A stretch of DNA of 64,000 nucleotides from Octopus vulgaris (Eukaryota): assembly GCA_951406725.2 (NCBI GenBank), contig OX597814.1, positions 197,780,001 through 197,844,000 on the forward strand. Reading direction: 5' to 3'. How positions within the stretch are numbered: the first letter of the stretch is position 1; every line of letters starts with the position of its first letter. Below the pieces are notes generated by a model. That model worked only from the letters and a program-made list of their open reading frames with translations. It made no database searches and was not told where the DNA came from. This document shows positions 38,908-51,905 of the stretch, piece by piece. Made by a program: the position numbers and the translations under genes.

Positions 38908-39329
38908 TTTAATCAGAATAATTTAAAACATAACGTCATTTCAGTTTTCGCTGACCAACGAAAAGAATGTTCGTTCTTTATGTAGCTTCATGTCTGTCTG
39001 AATACGATATTTATTAAAATGTCCTTTTGCACCAATGATATCGTTAGGAAAGGCGCATAAAGACCGTGAGAGACAGGGTTATATATATTGCTTATCTGAT
39101 GATGAAAACTGTTCACGCCTTAGCACATGCCTTGTCCATCTTATCGAAAACTGACGATGTCAAAAGGTAGTAGCCAAGTTATGGTTTCTTTATTTGAGCC
39201 CATATTTTTAAAGGAATAACGTATCTTTACTTAGAGAGACACAGCGTCTACCTACACACTGTATAAGCTCAGAAACTGTGTATCTGTATTGCAACTTTTA
39301 CCCTTCGTATGATCTTTTATCTTCTACAT

Positions 39330-39540
39330 TTTTCAGTCATTAGACAGCGGCCATGCTGGAGCACCGCTTTGAAGAATTTTTTTTTTTTTAGTCGAATGAA
39401 TCGACCCCAGTACTTGTTTTCTTTTTTAAGTTTAGTAGTTACTTTATCGTCCTTTTTGCTGAACCGCTAGCTTACGGGGACGTAGGTACACGAATAGTGG
39501 TTATCAAGCGATTGTGGGGAACAAACACAGATACAAACAG
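39330..39540 (-). mobile_element. SINE family B 3' half, diverged
   Basis: Homology to other family B copies. Confidence 0.7.
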
Positions 39541-40399
39541 ACACAAAGACAAACACACAGACACACACATCTTTATCTCTCTCTCCCACTCTTACTTCTA
39601 TTTCTAGCCTTTCTTCTTTCTCCTTTTTGTCCTCCTCATCATTCTCTCCCTCCCTCTCTCTCTCGCGCCATCTTTCTCCTCTACCTGTTGATGACAGTGA
39701 CCCGTGGCCAGCCTTTCTCCCTTTTTTACACCAGTCGCATCCTAAATTCTGTGTTCCACCGACACATCCTCCTATTTGTTTTTCGAATCCTCAAGGATCC
39801 TCAAGGTAGACGTTACCCACCATCCGTGTCTTTTTGGCCCTAAGGCTATATTTTGCTCGTTCCTTATTCATTTCGTCTTTGTTCTTCGTCCATATCGTCT
39901 TAAATTACATTTATTCACTTTCAAATGTCCACTTCAGCATCGCTTGTTATCTACGTTTTGTTTGCTCTCGGCCCTATATTCTCCACAACTTTCGCACCCA
40001 CCTCCAGCATAGGAAATTAGTCTCATCAATAATGGTACGAAACTGAGTATTACCATCTGGTTGATAACTGATGAAGAATTAGTGACCTTCTTTGTTTGTC
40101 TTCCGTGTACTTGATATACTGTTTACGTTTTTTATTGTTTGTGAATTTACAATACATTTTTTCATTTATATATATATATTTCCTATAGGAAAACTTAAGG
40201 TGGTTTTAGAGTCGGTTCATTGCTGCTATTTTCAGCATGGTGGTATCTCGTAGATACCCTAATTTATAATTTTAATAATTATTACCTTTGAAGGTTGTTT
40301 TTTCCATGCTGGCCACTTGATAAGTTCGTTATTTTATTTTAAATTAACGATCTTATCCTTATTTATATAAATTTATATATATATATGTATATATATATA

Positions 40400-40669
40400 G
40401 TGAAGTATATTTGTCACTTAAATGTGGCTAACCCTTAAGGGTGGACGCTACTGTAGCTTGTAGCCCCAGGAGGACACATCCTCCAGCTGGCTATTAACAC
40501 ACTTTCTGTGCCCTATCAGTATTTGCAAAGGGAAGCCATCCTTCCCATCTTCAACCTGTATGATATACACAGACTCTAGTTTCTGGGTATTGACCCGTCA
40601 TCAGCGTGTGAATATACTTCACGATGTCGTGCAGCTACTGTTTATACCTCGCTCAGAGATTTATCATTG

Positions 40670-40672
<3 letters not shown>
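40400..40672 (-). mobile_element. ~270-bp PLE-like mini-element between (TA)n tracts
   Basis: (TA)n on both sides; contains a canonical-core hammerhead motif. Confidence 0.65.
40567..40609 (-). ncRNA. Minimal hammerhead ribozyme
   Basis: ACACG-CUGAUGA-CGGGU(caau)ACCCA-GAAA-CUAGA-GUC-UGUGU: intact core, 5-bp stem I, stem II, GUC cleavage triplet. Confidence 0.78.
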
Positions 40673-40719
<47 letters not shown>

Positions 40720-42769
40720 TTTGTGTGATATTCGTATGTAGCTTATTAGTTGGTGGCTGTATACGAATATAAGCTCCCGTTCAGAAAGTAACATTTCCCC
40801 TCTAACCACTGATCCTTGTTTACCGCAACCTCTTCATTTAGTTCTACTCCATTACGTTTTCATTTTAATCTTTGAATATGTTTCTGTTTTTTCCTTCGAG
40901 TATTTAATTGAAGAAAATAATGCTGTGATGCTAAAAGCTTGCTTGAGAACTACTGCACCCAATTATTTTTGTCAACTGAATTGATTCTATATTATTAGAA
41001 ATAAATTTTAACTGTATTGATAGTTATAATGATGTCTCTAGAGGTTATTTAAAAATATTAATTGGCGTTCCCTTGCCGAAATGGAATAAATGATCTATAT
41101 TTCTTAACATAAAACTGTTGTTGACTTAAATATTTATAAATATATATTTTCATAAATTTATTCATTTATTGTAGAAAAATGTTTTAATTTAAGCAGAAAT
41201 ATTGAACAGAAAGTATTTCTAATACTTTTGGAAGTCTTAAAATATAGATCTTCCATTAAAGTGTTCTTTAAGACTTGATCGTGTTCGGTTTTGTTTTGGT
41301 TGTATTTTTTTGTTCTTTTGTTTTGTTTTTGTGTTTTTTATTTTCTTCATAGTCTACTTCAGCCATAACTTTTGTAAAAGTACTTTCTACTAAACATATT
41401 CACTCTTACAGAGATACATACTCACATACAAACACAGAGGCACCCACAGACACAAAGACACACCCACAGACACACAGACATATACAAAAGTATGTTCGTA
41501 TATTATGAGTGTTTGTATTGAAGTAAATGAAAATGCACTCAATACAAGAAGTAGAGTTTATAGTTTTATCTTAAGCTTAAATTTCACAAGATACAATCGC
41601 TAGATTCACGTTTTTGAGCTTCAGTTGCCTGAGGAGCATAACTGTGAAACTAACAGGGAACAGGACTATGAAACTAGCTGAATCTTCAAATGGTGTACGG
41701 ATGAAACATATCGACATTTTCGTTTCACACTTTCGACCAGCAGAGAGTATTAGAAAAATACTTGACTAAAGTTGTTAATTGCAAGCCATTTTGGCAGTAA
41801 ATCGTTCATTAATTTCAACACCTAATTATGACATTCACATTTTAAAATCGAAACAAAAATACAAGTTGAAGTTCAGTTGAAACAAACAAAAGTCAAGCAA
41901 AACATCTAAAATCTAGAGTGGTGTTTAACAGCGGTAGAAGCAATATTCATGCCAAGGGTAATATTTATCCCCAGTTTAAAGTGGGTTTTGGTGTTAGAAC
42001 ACAAAATACTGCATTATTTACCATGAGAAAACTTCTCAAATGGACTTGTAGTGCATTTAAGCACTCATGTTTATATTGCTAGCGGGAGATAATCGTCCGT
42101 CATCACCGCCTGGTCTATTACTAGAGCAATGTATTTTGATAAACTTCATGCGTTTTCTCAGTAGTTTGTAAGAGTTTTATTACTTCTTTGAACGAAAACA
42201 AAAACTTGGAAACAGCTTGCTTCTACAAGTACAGTCAATCGGAAACTCCGCATACTGGACGCCAATAGGTTTCAGGTGTCATCAGGAGAGAATGCGCACC
42301 GTTTTGGAGCCTTCCTACCATTGATTACAGCGCATCGCCCCACTCACTAACGTGAAGTTCCACCTACTGGATCGTTCCATAACTCGTTTGTAATAGATTC
42401 AACAATGTAGGAATTTGTTGTTTATTTGAACGAAGACATATTTTATTTATTTAATGTAGCTAATCTGAATTTCCCTTTTAGTAATATCTCAACCCTTTAT
42501 TAACGAGAGATTCGATCACCAGAAATATTTCTTCTCTCCGAGATTATAACCGTCCATCCATCCATCTTCTTCACCACTATTCTTGGGAGGGTCGTTGAGA
42601 CGTCAGGTACCTCTTCCACAGGTTTCTATCAGAAGCAGCCATCATTACACTTTCCGCCTGGATTTCCAAGCGGGTCCAACTGAGACTATGGATATCATCC
42701 AACCATCACCTTCTTCATTTATCCCCAGATTTCCTGCCTATTGGCTCGACAAGAAGAGTCCGTCTGAAC

Positions 42770-43010
42770 CAGTGGTTCTCAACTATTTTTTGTCTATGGA
42801 CCCCTTTGATTCCTATTTGACTCTACGGTCCATGTTAAAAGAAATCCTGTTATATTTCTGTTATTGAATATTCTTAAGAATTGTATTAAAAACATTGTTA
42901 AAATATTTTGTGCAAATTAGAAACATAACCAATTTATTGCTCGTAAGCTTAAACAGCGAAATATTATATTGACCCCTATGGATTACATGGGCCTCAGTTG
43001 ACAACCACTG
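42770..43010. mobile_element. hAT (Charlie-type) MITE, 241 bp
   Basis: TIRs CAGTGGTTCTCAAC / GTTGACAACCACTG; the 8-bp TSD is decayed (GTCTGAAC/GTCAATTC). Confidence 0.75.
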
Positions 43011-44137
43011 GTCAATTCGATTCTTTCCTGCAACTTTCTAATCACATGTCCGCAGTAACGGAGCCATGGCTTAGAACATATTGTTATCAATGAGCGTTCA
43101 CTAAGGCTACAAATTACAATATTAGGGTTTTTCCCCCCTTTACAAACCCAAACTGTTCTTGAGCTCTAATACTAATTGCCAATGTTAATGACTAGCCTAT
43201 AATTGGTAAATGATCACGTATCTCGAACTACCCTACTTCAAATGTCATTGTCATTTCAAATCATTTGTGTCATCAATGCTTGCAGAGGGCCACACATGAA
43301 ATTATCTCATTTCGCCTCCATCTTGAATCTATGTAAGTATATATATATATATATAACATTTACATACATTAAATGTTTGATTCACTAATAAAATAAAAGT
43401 ACGCCGCTTCTTGTGTTTCTTTTATTTACTCAATTCAAAAGCTCCTTCTGTATTGTAGCTTTTAGAAAGCAGTGAAGACACTCGCGCACGAAACGCTGCC
43501 GGGAAAGCCTTCATCCAAAGACTCGCAAACGGGAGGGTATGAAACCAAATATTATTACTACTACTACTACTACTACCATCATCACCTGATTGGAAGGAAT
43601 GATTAGTCTTCACACACACACACTCACCTTCACTTACCATTTTTTTTTTTTTTGCATTCTTCACCGGAGTGTTTAAAATTTCCAATCATTGCAACTTTCG
43701 CGAGCGACAATACATTAAATCACCTTGTCCATCAGCCTGTTTCATTTCCTCCCCTCTGGATAATATTATCATCATATTCACTTCAGGTCATAATAACGCA
43801 CTCAAATTTTCTTCGTTTTCCTTCATAATTAGTTTGATTAGATCCCCCGTCACAAGAGCATATACGTCGAAAATTTCCAATAGAGATGCACATGACAGCA
43901 TCCTTCCGTGTGACTAACTCGCCACGTTCATCCTATATTCAGCACCTTACTGAAATGCACTCCAACATGCATTTAGCATATGTTTCACTTACTTTCTTGT
44001 TCATATGTTTATAGAATTAACATTTTTTGGTTTTCTTTTCTTACCTTGTCTTACAGGTTCACAAATTGCTTTTGCGATACTTGCTTCTTCACATTTCTTG
44101 GGTTTCTTTTTATCGAATTTACACTTGTTATTTGTCA

Positions 44138-44700
44138 CATGTATATACATATATGTGTATATATATATGTATATATATATAACTATATACATATATGTAT
44201 GTTTATATATACATATATATACGTGTACATATATAGATACATATACATATATACATGTACATATATAGATACATATGCATATATACATGCAAATATTTAC
44301 ATATATATACACGTATATATATACGTATATATACATATATATATACATATGTATATATATACATATATATATATACATATATATACATATGTATATATGT
44401 ACATATATGTATATATATACATATATATACATATGTATATATGTACATATATGTATATATATACATATGTATATATGTACATATATGTACATATATGTAT
44501 ATATATACATATATGTACACATATATGTACATATATGTATATATATACATATATGTACACATATATACAAATATATGTATATATATACATATATGTATAT
44601 ATATATATACATATATGTATATATATATACATATATGTATATATATATACATATATACATACATATATACATATATACATATATATACATATATGTATAT
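44138..44700. repeat. (TA)/(CATATATG)-type degenerate microsatellite
   Basis: Directly visible. Confidence 0.95.
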
Positions 44701-44709
44701 TACTCTCTC

Positions 44710-45119
44710 TTTTACTCTTTTACATGTTTCCGTCATTTGACTGCGGCCATGCTGGAGCACCGCCTTTAGTCGAGAAAATAGACCCCGGGACTTATTCTTT
44801 GTAAGCCCAGTATTTATTCTATCGGTCTCTTTTGCCGAACCGCTAAGTGACGGGGACGTAAACACACCAGCATCGGTTGTCAAGCAATGCTAGGGACAAA
44901 CACAGATACACAAACACACACACACACACATACATATACATATATATACATATATACGACGGGCTTCTCTCAGTTTCCGTCTACCAAATCCACTCACAAG
45001 GCATTGGTCGGCCCGGGGCTATAGCAGAAGACACTTGCCCAAGATGCCACGCAGCGGGCCTGAACCCGGAACCATGTGGTTGGTAAACAAGCTACTTACC
45101 ACACAGCCACTCCTGCGCC
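44710..45119 (-). mobile_element. SINE family B
   Basis: Full-length homology. Confidence 0.9.
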
Positions 45120-45821
45120 TATATATATATACATATATATAAAAATATTTCCTCAAATAATTATTATATATGTGTGTGTGTGTGTATTTATATATACATA
45201 TCATCGCGTATGCTCCAGCATGGTTAGTCTCATTCGAAGTTGTTAATCTTCTACGAGTGGGAGTAAAAATAAACGAATAGATTTTGCAAATATTTGTTTA
45301 ATAGAAGACAAGTGAAACGACGACTCACGTGTTGCCTTTCACTAAATTCACCTTCTTATCTCTAAGGTAACATTAAGGTATGACGATGTAACTCTTAAAT
45401 GTTTTTGTTTTTGTTTTTGAAAACCGCTTATAGTATGTCTCCAATAAGAGTAACGCCATTATCTAGAACCTCTTGTAGTATTTGCATTGTAGCCAGAGAT
45501 AATAGGAAAGTTCCAAATTTCAATCCGTTAGAGATTCAGACATTGTTGCTGATCTATTCAATATGTTTAACATCATGTGAAAATATTCTGTTTTTGCATA
45601 TACTTACTTTGACGTATCTTTGCATAAATTATGCAAAACAGAATCGAATGAATGAGAGAGTTTTTTTTTTTTTAAAGTTTTGTAGTTTTTGAAGGGTTTT
45701 CTTTTTTCTTAGTCAAACTTTAATTAAAACTGTTTTAAATTCTCTTTTCAACAAGACTTGAATTTAATTAACATACTCATCAACACAGGCAATACGAACG
45801 ACTACAACAACAACAACAATA

Positions 45822-46313
45822 GTGGAGGCGCAATGGCCCAGTGGTTAGGGCAGCGGACTCGCAGTTGTAAGAACGCGGTTTCGATTCCCAGACCGGGCAT
45901 TGTGAGTGTTTATTGAGCAAAAACACCTAAGCTCCACAAGGCTCTGGTGGGGAGGGGTGGTGAACCCTGCTGTACTCTTTCACCACAACTTTCTCTCACT
46001 CTTTCTTCCTACTTCTTCCACAAAGCAGAGGAACCATGGTGTAACCCACTATGGTGTGGTAAAACTTTCAGACCCTAGTCTAGATTGCGAATCCTCTGTA
46101 CCCCAGGTTGGTTCAGCTCTCCACCTGTTAAAAGCTACCTTTTACGGAATGAGGATAACAACGTAGCTTTGGTGCCCACGCAACCACCAGTCTATCGCGT
46201 GTGGTGGGTGGATTTTCAAGTTGCCACATGCATTCTTAGTAGCTTAGAGTAGGCTCGAATTAGAGATTATTCTTTGTGGCTAAGGGCGTGATTCCTGATT
46301 AGAAGAAGAAGAA
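45822..46313 (+). mobile_element. Chimeric SINE: family C head with a different ~300-bp body ending in (AGA)n
   Basis: Family C homology stops near 46010; AACAACAATA on both flanks. Confidence 0.7.
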
Positions 46314-46367
46314 AACAACAATAATGACGCTAGAGATGATACCTATATTATTGTTGTTGTTGTTCAA

Positions 46368-46580
46368 GGCGGCGAGCATGCAGAATTGTTAGCACGCCGG
46401 GCGTTATGTTTAGCGGTATTTCGTCTGCCGTTAGGTTTTAAGTTCAAATTCCGCTGAGGTCGACTTTGCCTTTTATCCTTTCGGGATCGATAAATTAAGT
46501 ACCAAGTGAAACACAGGTATCGATGTAATCGACTACTCTCCTCCCCACAAAATTTCAGACATTGTGCCTATTGTAGAAAG

Positions 46581-46621
<41 letters not shown>

Positions 46622-46765
46622 TTAAGGTGGTGAGCTGGCTGAATCGTTAGCACGCCAGACAAAATGCTTAGTACCATTTCGTCTGTCTTTACGTTCTAAG
46701 TTCAAATTCTGGCATGGTCGACCTTGCCTGTCATTCTTTCTATTTCGATAATATAAGCACCAGTT
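46368..46765 (+). mobile_element. Two family A SINEs separated by (AGT)n
   Basis: Heads at 46368 and ~46626. Confidence 0.8.
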
Positions 46766-47092
46766 CTGGGATTGTAATCAATGGTCTGTTGAACTTGGTG
46801 GATAAATTCAGTTGTTCTGATTATTTCAGAGTGTTTAGAATGCTTTTTATGCTTTGATACTGGTGATACGTTTTCATCTTCAGTCTCTAGCTCCTTACAA
46901 ATTTTGTAGACGAAAGATGTAGCAACTTTTAAAAATCGAGATATTTCTAAATCTCTATGTCCAGCCTTTATGACCACAATAACATGCCTCTTCATTTCGT
47001 GAATAAGCTGAGGGTCTGCCATTGTTATTTTCTGAAACAAAGATTACAACGACCCCAAAAAAGTTATGTCCTCAAATACCTTATGCACCCTG
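46766..47092 (-). mobile_element. 5' fragment of a Tc1/mariner (DD37D/maT-like) transposon with the transposase N-terminal HTH
   Basis: TA-CAGGGTGCATAAGG terminus at 47094-47079; ORF MADPQLIHEMKRHVIVVIKAGHRDLEISRFLKVATSFVYKICKEL..IRTTEFIHQVQQTIDYNP. Confidence 0.7.
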
Positions 47093-47100
47093 TATATTAA

Positions 47101-47331
47101 GGCGGCGAGCTGGCAGAAACGTTAGCACGCCGAGCGAAATGCTTAGCGGTATTTCGTCTGCCGCTACGTTGTGAGTTCAAATTCCGCCGGGGTCGACTTT
47201 GTCTTTTATCCTTTCGAGGTCGATAAATTAAGTACCAGTTACGCAATGGGATCGATGTAATCGACTTAATCCGTTTGTCTGTCCTTGTTTGTCCTCTCTG
47301 TGTTTAGCCCCTTGTGGGTAGTAACGAAATA
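47101..47331 (+). mobile_element. SINE family A
   Basis: Full length; TGTATAT on both flanks. Confidence 0.9.
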
Positions 47332-48103
47332 TGTATATATAGATTGATGGATGGATGGATAGATAGATGGATAGACAGTTACAAACATATAGATGATCGA
47401 TGGATACATACAAAAATACACACGTATGCACGTTCATTCATGTACATACAACATGGTGAGGTTTGAGGTACGTTTAGCTCTTACTTCTAGTATGTGGAGT
47501 AACCAAATAGAGGCTTCTTCGCTTCAAAGTGATTTATTTTTTCCCTCAAGAACAGAAACCAACGAGGGAATCTCAATGTAGTAGCTTTTCATATGCAACA
47601 AATAGAAATAAATAACACACACAGATGCACACACATATATGTTATATTCACATATATATATACTTATATATACATACATATATACGTATCTAAGCATTAC
47701 ATGTGTGTGTACGTGTATGTTGGTGTGTGTGTGTGTGTATATATGTATGTATGTATGTATAGAGAGTGTGGGAGAGCCTGAAGGCCTGATAATTTCATTG
47801 AGGGAGAACCACGTGTGTGTCATACGTTTCGTTCTGCCCTAAGGATCTCACAGTGAACCTTAAGAGACCAATATCCTCGTCTATATTCTATATAGCATTT
47901 TTGTTGCCTTTTTTGTTTTGTTTTGTTTTTCATGTTCCTTTTATTTCTTTATTGCACAAATAAAAAAAAAACGATATTACTTTTCTTTGCTTCTTTTCTT
48001 ATAGTATCCGCCTATGTATTTGCTACTCTTTCAACTTCCTCTTTTCTCCCCCTTTCCTTTTTCCCTTTCAACTTCTTCTCCTCCCCCTCTCTCTCTCTCT
48101 TTC

Positions 48104-48141
<38 letters not shown>

Positions 48142-48671
48142 TGTTTTCAACAACTGTTCATTGTCTCTATTAATAATGGTAAAAGTTACGTGTAGAATCT
48201 AATTCAATATATTTATTCTGATCAGGTCTATTCTTTTTTAAAAATCTCAGCCGTTGTTTTCTTCTGTTTTCACATTATTTTATTGCTTCTTCGTCCAATT
48301 TGACGAAATGTATTTCTTTACTTTATTTTATTCATTTTTTTTTCTTTTGCTTTATATATTTTTGGATACCAGCTTCTTTTAATAATTGTTCTCCAAGCTT
48401 CGTCAGATCTTAATATATCAGCGGGGTTGGTGTATAAATGGCGTTTATTGAAATTTTCTTCCTTTCTTTATCTGAATGTTTTCGCTATAGAATTGGTAAT
48501 AAAAAGACAGAGGGTTGATAAAGTGCATCGATGGACTGACGGTTGTTGTAACAGATGGCCTTTCCGTCGATGACGTCAGAACGCACGTGAGGCGAAGAGA
48601 GTGTAATAGTAAGAGGAGTAGTAGGAGTAGAGTTTGCAACCTGGGTGTGTGAATAATGTTTTAGGGTTCAT

Positions 48672-49241
48672 AGGCGGTGAGCTGGCAGAAACATTAGCAC
48701 GCCGGGCGAAATGCTCTGACGCTACGTTCTGGGTTCAAATTCCGCCGAGGTCGACTTTGCCTTTCATCTTTTCGGGGTCGATTAAATAAGTACCAGTTAC
48801 GCACTGGGGTCGATATAATCGACTTAATCCGTTTGTCTGTCCTTGTTTGTCCCCCCTGTGTTTAGCCCCTTGTGGGTAGTAAAGAAATAAGTATTTCGTC
48901 TGCCGCTACGTTCTGAGTTCAAATTCCGCCAAGGTTGACTTTACCTTTCATCCTTTCGGGGTCGATTAAATAAGTACCAGTTACGCACTGGGGTCGATGT
49001 AATCGACTTAATCCGTTTGTCTGTCCTTGTTTGTCCTCTCTGTGTTTAGCCCCTTGTGGGTAGTAAAGAAATAGGTATTTCGTCAGTTTTTACGTTCTGA
49101 GTTCAAATTCCGCCTACGTCAACTTTGCCTTTCATCCTTTCGGGGGTCGATAAATTAAGTACCAATTGCGTACTGATGTCGATCTAATCGACTGGCCTTC
49201 TCCTCAAAAATGTCGGGCCTTGTATCTAGAGTAGAAAAGAA
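48672..49241 (+). mobile_element. SINE family A trimer inside one TSD
   Basis: TTTAGGGTTCATA at ~48660 and ~49245. Confidence 0.92.
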
Positions 49242-49307
49242 TGGTTTAGGGTTCATACTGCATCTGGTTTAAGTAAACCTTCATTCACAGTTGATCATAT
49301 ATCTGTA

Positions 49308-49764
49308 ACTAGCTTAAAAGCAGCTTTTAAGCTAGTATATAGCTTTTAAGCTACTGACCCCCTATGGAAAGATCTGCAAACAGCACTTTGGCTTGTTTTG
49401 GAGAATTTGTTGCAATTGCTTCCTCCAGAGTCATATCGTCGTAAAAAAATCACATTAAAACATCACCGAAAATAATCGCTGGATTTTGCAATTAATTTCG
49501 ATTATTCCAAAAATTTATTTCCAAAAAAAAAAATTCGTCGCAAAAAGTCACATAAAAAAATTGCCGTAAACAATCGCAGTAATGAAAACTTGGAACTCCA
49601 GAATTTCAGGATTTCTGGTCTGGATTGAGCTCGAAATGTTTTTAATTTACTCATGAAATCGGCCTGATTCCAAAATAGTATATGTTGGGCTACGGCCTTC
49701 TAGGAGTAGAGTTGAAAAAGTGTGACACACTGACACACTAACATTTGCATTTATTATATTAGAT
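49308..49764 (-). mobile_element. Non-autonomous Helitron/Helentron-like element
   Basis: Terminal palindrome ACTAGCTTAAAAGC-A-GCTTTTAAGCTAGT; the other end reads CACAC..CATTTATTATATTAGAT. Confidence 0.6.
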
Positions 49765-50064
49765 GAGGTTGAGAGACAGCAATGTCATCCTATATTTAAA
49801 ATAGATTTAAATGTATTATAAGTGGAGCCGGTATTAGTTAAGAGTGTTTTGTACTCTGTGTCATCGGAAGCTTTTTAAAATTAAGGGAACCCCAGAACCG
49901 TCATTGAAATCTCCCAGAGAAAATTACCACTCGTGTATGACATGAAAAAGCAGTTTTCCAATAGATTTCGCGTTTTGAAACTTATACTGTTTAAAGAGTA
50001 GATAAAGAGATTAAGTGAGATGACCAGGGTGATCGTTTGTGAGGTCTCTATTACCTTGGCAATG

Positions 50065-50638
50065 TTGGTTTCGAATTTTCGAACAAGGCCAGCTGAGAGT
50101 GTAAGTCGATTAGATCGACCTCAGTACGCAACTGGTGCTAAATTTATCGACCCTGAAAGGATGAAAGGCAAAGACGACCTCGGAGGAATTTGAACTCAGA
50201 ACATAAAGACAGACGAAATACCTATTTCTTTACTACCCACAAGGGGCTAAACACAGAGCGGACAAACAAGGACAGATAAACGAATTGAGTCGATTATATC
50301 GACCCCAGTGCGTAACTGGTACTTATTTAATCGACCCCGAGAGGATGAAAGTCAAAGTCGACCTCGGCGGAATTTGAACTCAGAACGTAAAGACAGACGA
50401 AATACCTATTTCTTTATTACCCACAAGGGGCTGCACATAGAGGGGACAAACAAGGACAGACAAACGGATTAAGTCGATTACATTGACCCCAGTGCGTAAC
50501 CGGTACTTAATTTATCGACCCCGAAAGGATGAAAGGCAAAGTCGACCTCGGCGGAATTTGAACTCAGAACGTAGCGGCAGACGAAATACGGCCACGCATT
50601 TCGCCCAGCGTGCTAACGTTTCTGCCAGCTCGCCGCCT
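50065..50638 (-). mobile_element. SINE family A trimer
   Basis: Three cores, one head. Confidence 0.9.
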
Positions 50639-51740
50639 TAAATCGCTTTGGAAATTTTAGAAGTGAGAATCAGAGAACAGTAGTAACCCGAATCAGAAAA
50701 AGAACCCTTGTTGTAATTGGGCTTACATTAAATACCAGTAATACATTGGGATTAATTTTAAAGAACACTGAACAAATGTAAGATAAACAACGTTATCTTC
50801 AGAACACTTTCAACTCGTAACTGCAAAGCAAGCATCCAGACATTTTAATGTCTCTATTCAATGTTTTAGTCAGTAAATCTTTTCGATCGCAGTAATAAGT
50901 CGCTTGACATTTGTAATCAGTTGTATCACGCAGCTGGTGAAACGTCGGTTTGATCGTTGGTGAAGAAGCAGAGGCGAGTTGCAAGTTTTGTGACATTCCA
51001 GTTGCTAGACTTACCGAAAGGTTGTAAGTGTAGCGATTCCGATAGGAATTGAAACAGTATCGCGATTTTAGTCCGTTGGGAACATATTGCTACTCATGTA
51101 GTGTTCGTCAAGTATCATTTGAACGATTAGTGATAATCGAGATACAACAGGAGATATTTATGTCATACAAATGCCTATGACATTTCCCTTACAACATATA
51201 CATATCAGCCGGGTCACTAACGAATCATTCTGGAGGTCACTGGTTCTCCGTAGCAATCGGAAATTTGATTCTTTCAACTAAATTATATCTGATAAACAGA
51301 ATCTTATACTGAATTGTGCAAACACGTGCGTATTTTTTTTTTGTTCGTGTATCTTTGCTGGTGTGAAATATATTGGTCCTCTGTCAGTCTCGACGATGAG
51401 AGTTCCAGCTATTCTATCAAGGACGCTGAGTCGGTAGAGCATTGGATAAAATGCTATATAATATTCTACGTTCTTCATTCTACGTTCTATGTTCAAATTG
51501 TGCTAAGGTTAGCTTTGCCTTTTATCTTTTCGAGGTCGATAAAAACTTACCAGCCCAGAGCGATTAGATGACGAAACTGCTAAGAACGTCTGACCAAATA
51601 CTTTGCGGCAATTGTACCGGTTCTTTGGGTTCCGAGTTCAACTCTCGCCTATGTCTACTTGTGTGGTACACACAGTTCCTCGCCCCGTTTAGCAGCCCCA
51701 TTTGGCATTTATGGTACCCATAACGGAGTTTATATTTGTA

Positions 51741-51905
51741 ACTAGCTTAAAAGCGGCTTTTAAGCTAGTATATAGCTTTTAAGCTACTGGCCCCTAATGG
51801 GAAGATCTGCAAACAACACTTTGGCTTGTTTTGGAGAATTTGTTGCAATTGCTTCCTCCAGAGTCATATCTCAATGATGATCACTAGGATATGATTCTGG
51901 AAGCA
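51741..51905 (-). mobile_element. Truncated second copy of the 49.3-kb Helitron-like element
   Basis: ~130 bp nearly identical to 49308-49437. Confidence 0.75.

Noticed and set aside
39096-39115. CTGATGATGAAAACTGTTC hammerhead-like string
   Set aside because: It has no stem II or stem I and is likely chance.
41629-41660. CTGAGGA-GCATAACTGT-GAAAC hammerhead-like string
   Set aside because: It has no NUH cleavage triplet or stem III.
43422-43980. Non-repetitive ORFs as possible host exons
   Set aside because: There is no recognisable domain, no clear splice context, and stops occur in the extended frames.
45822-45900. tRNA-like sequences at SINE heads (also at 62400-62472 and elsewhere)
   Set aside because: They continue into SINE bodies and lack a proper cloverleaf, so they are SINE heads rather than tRNA genes.
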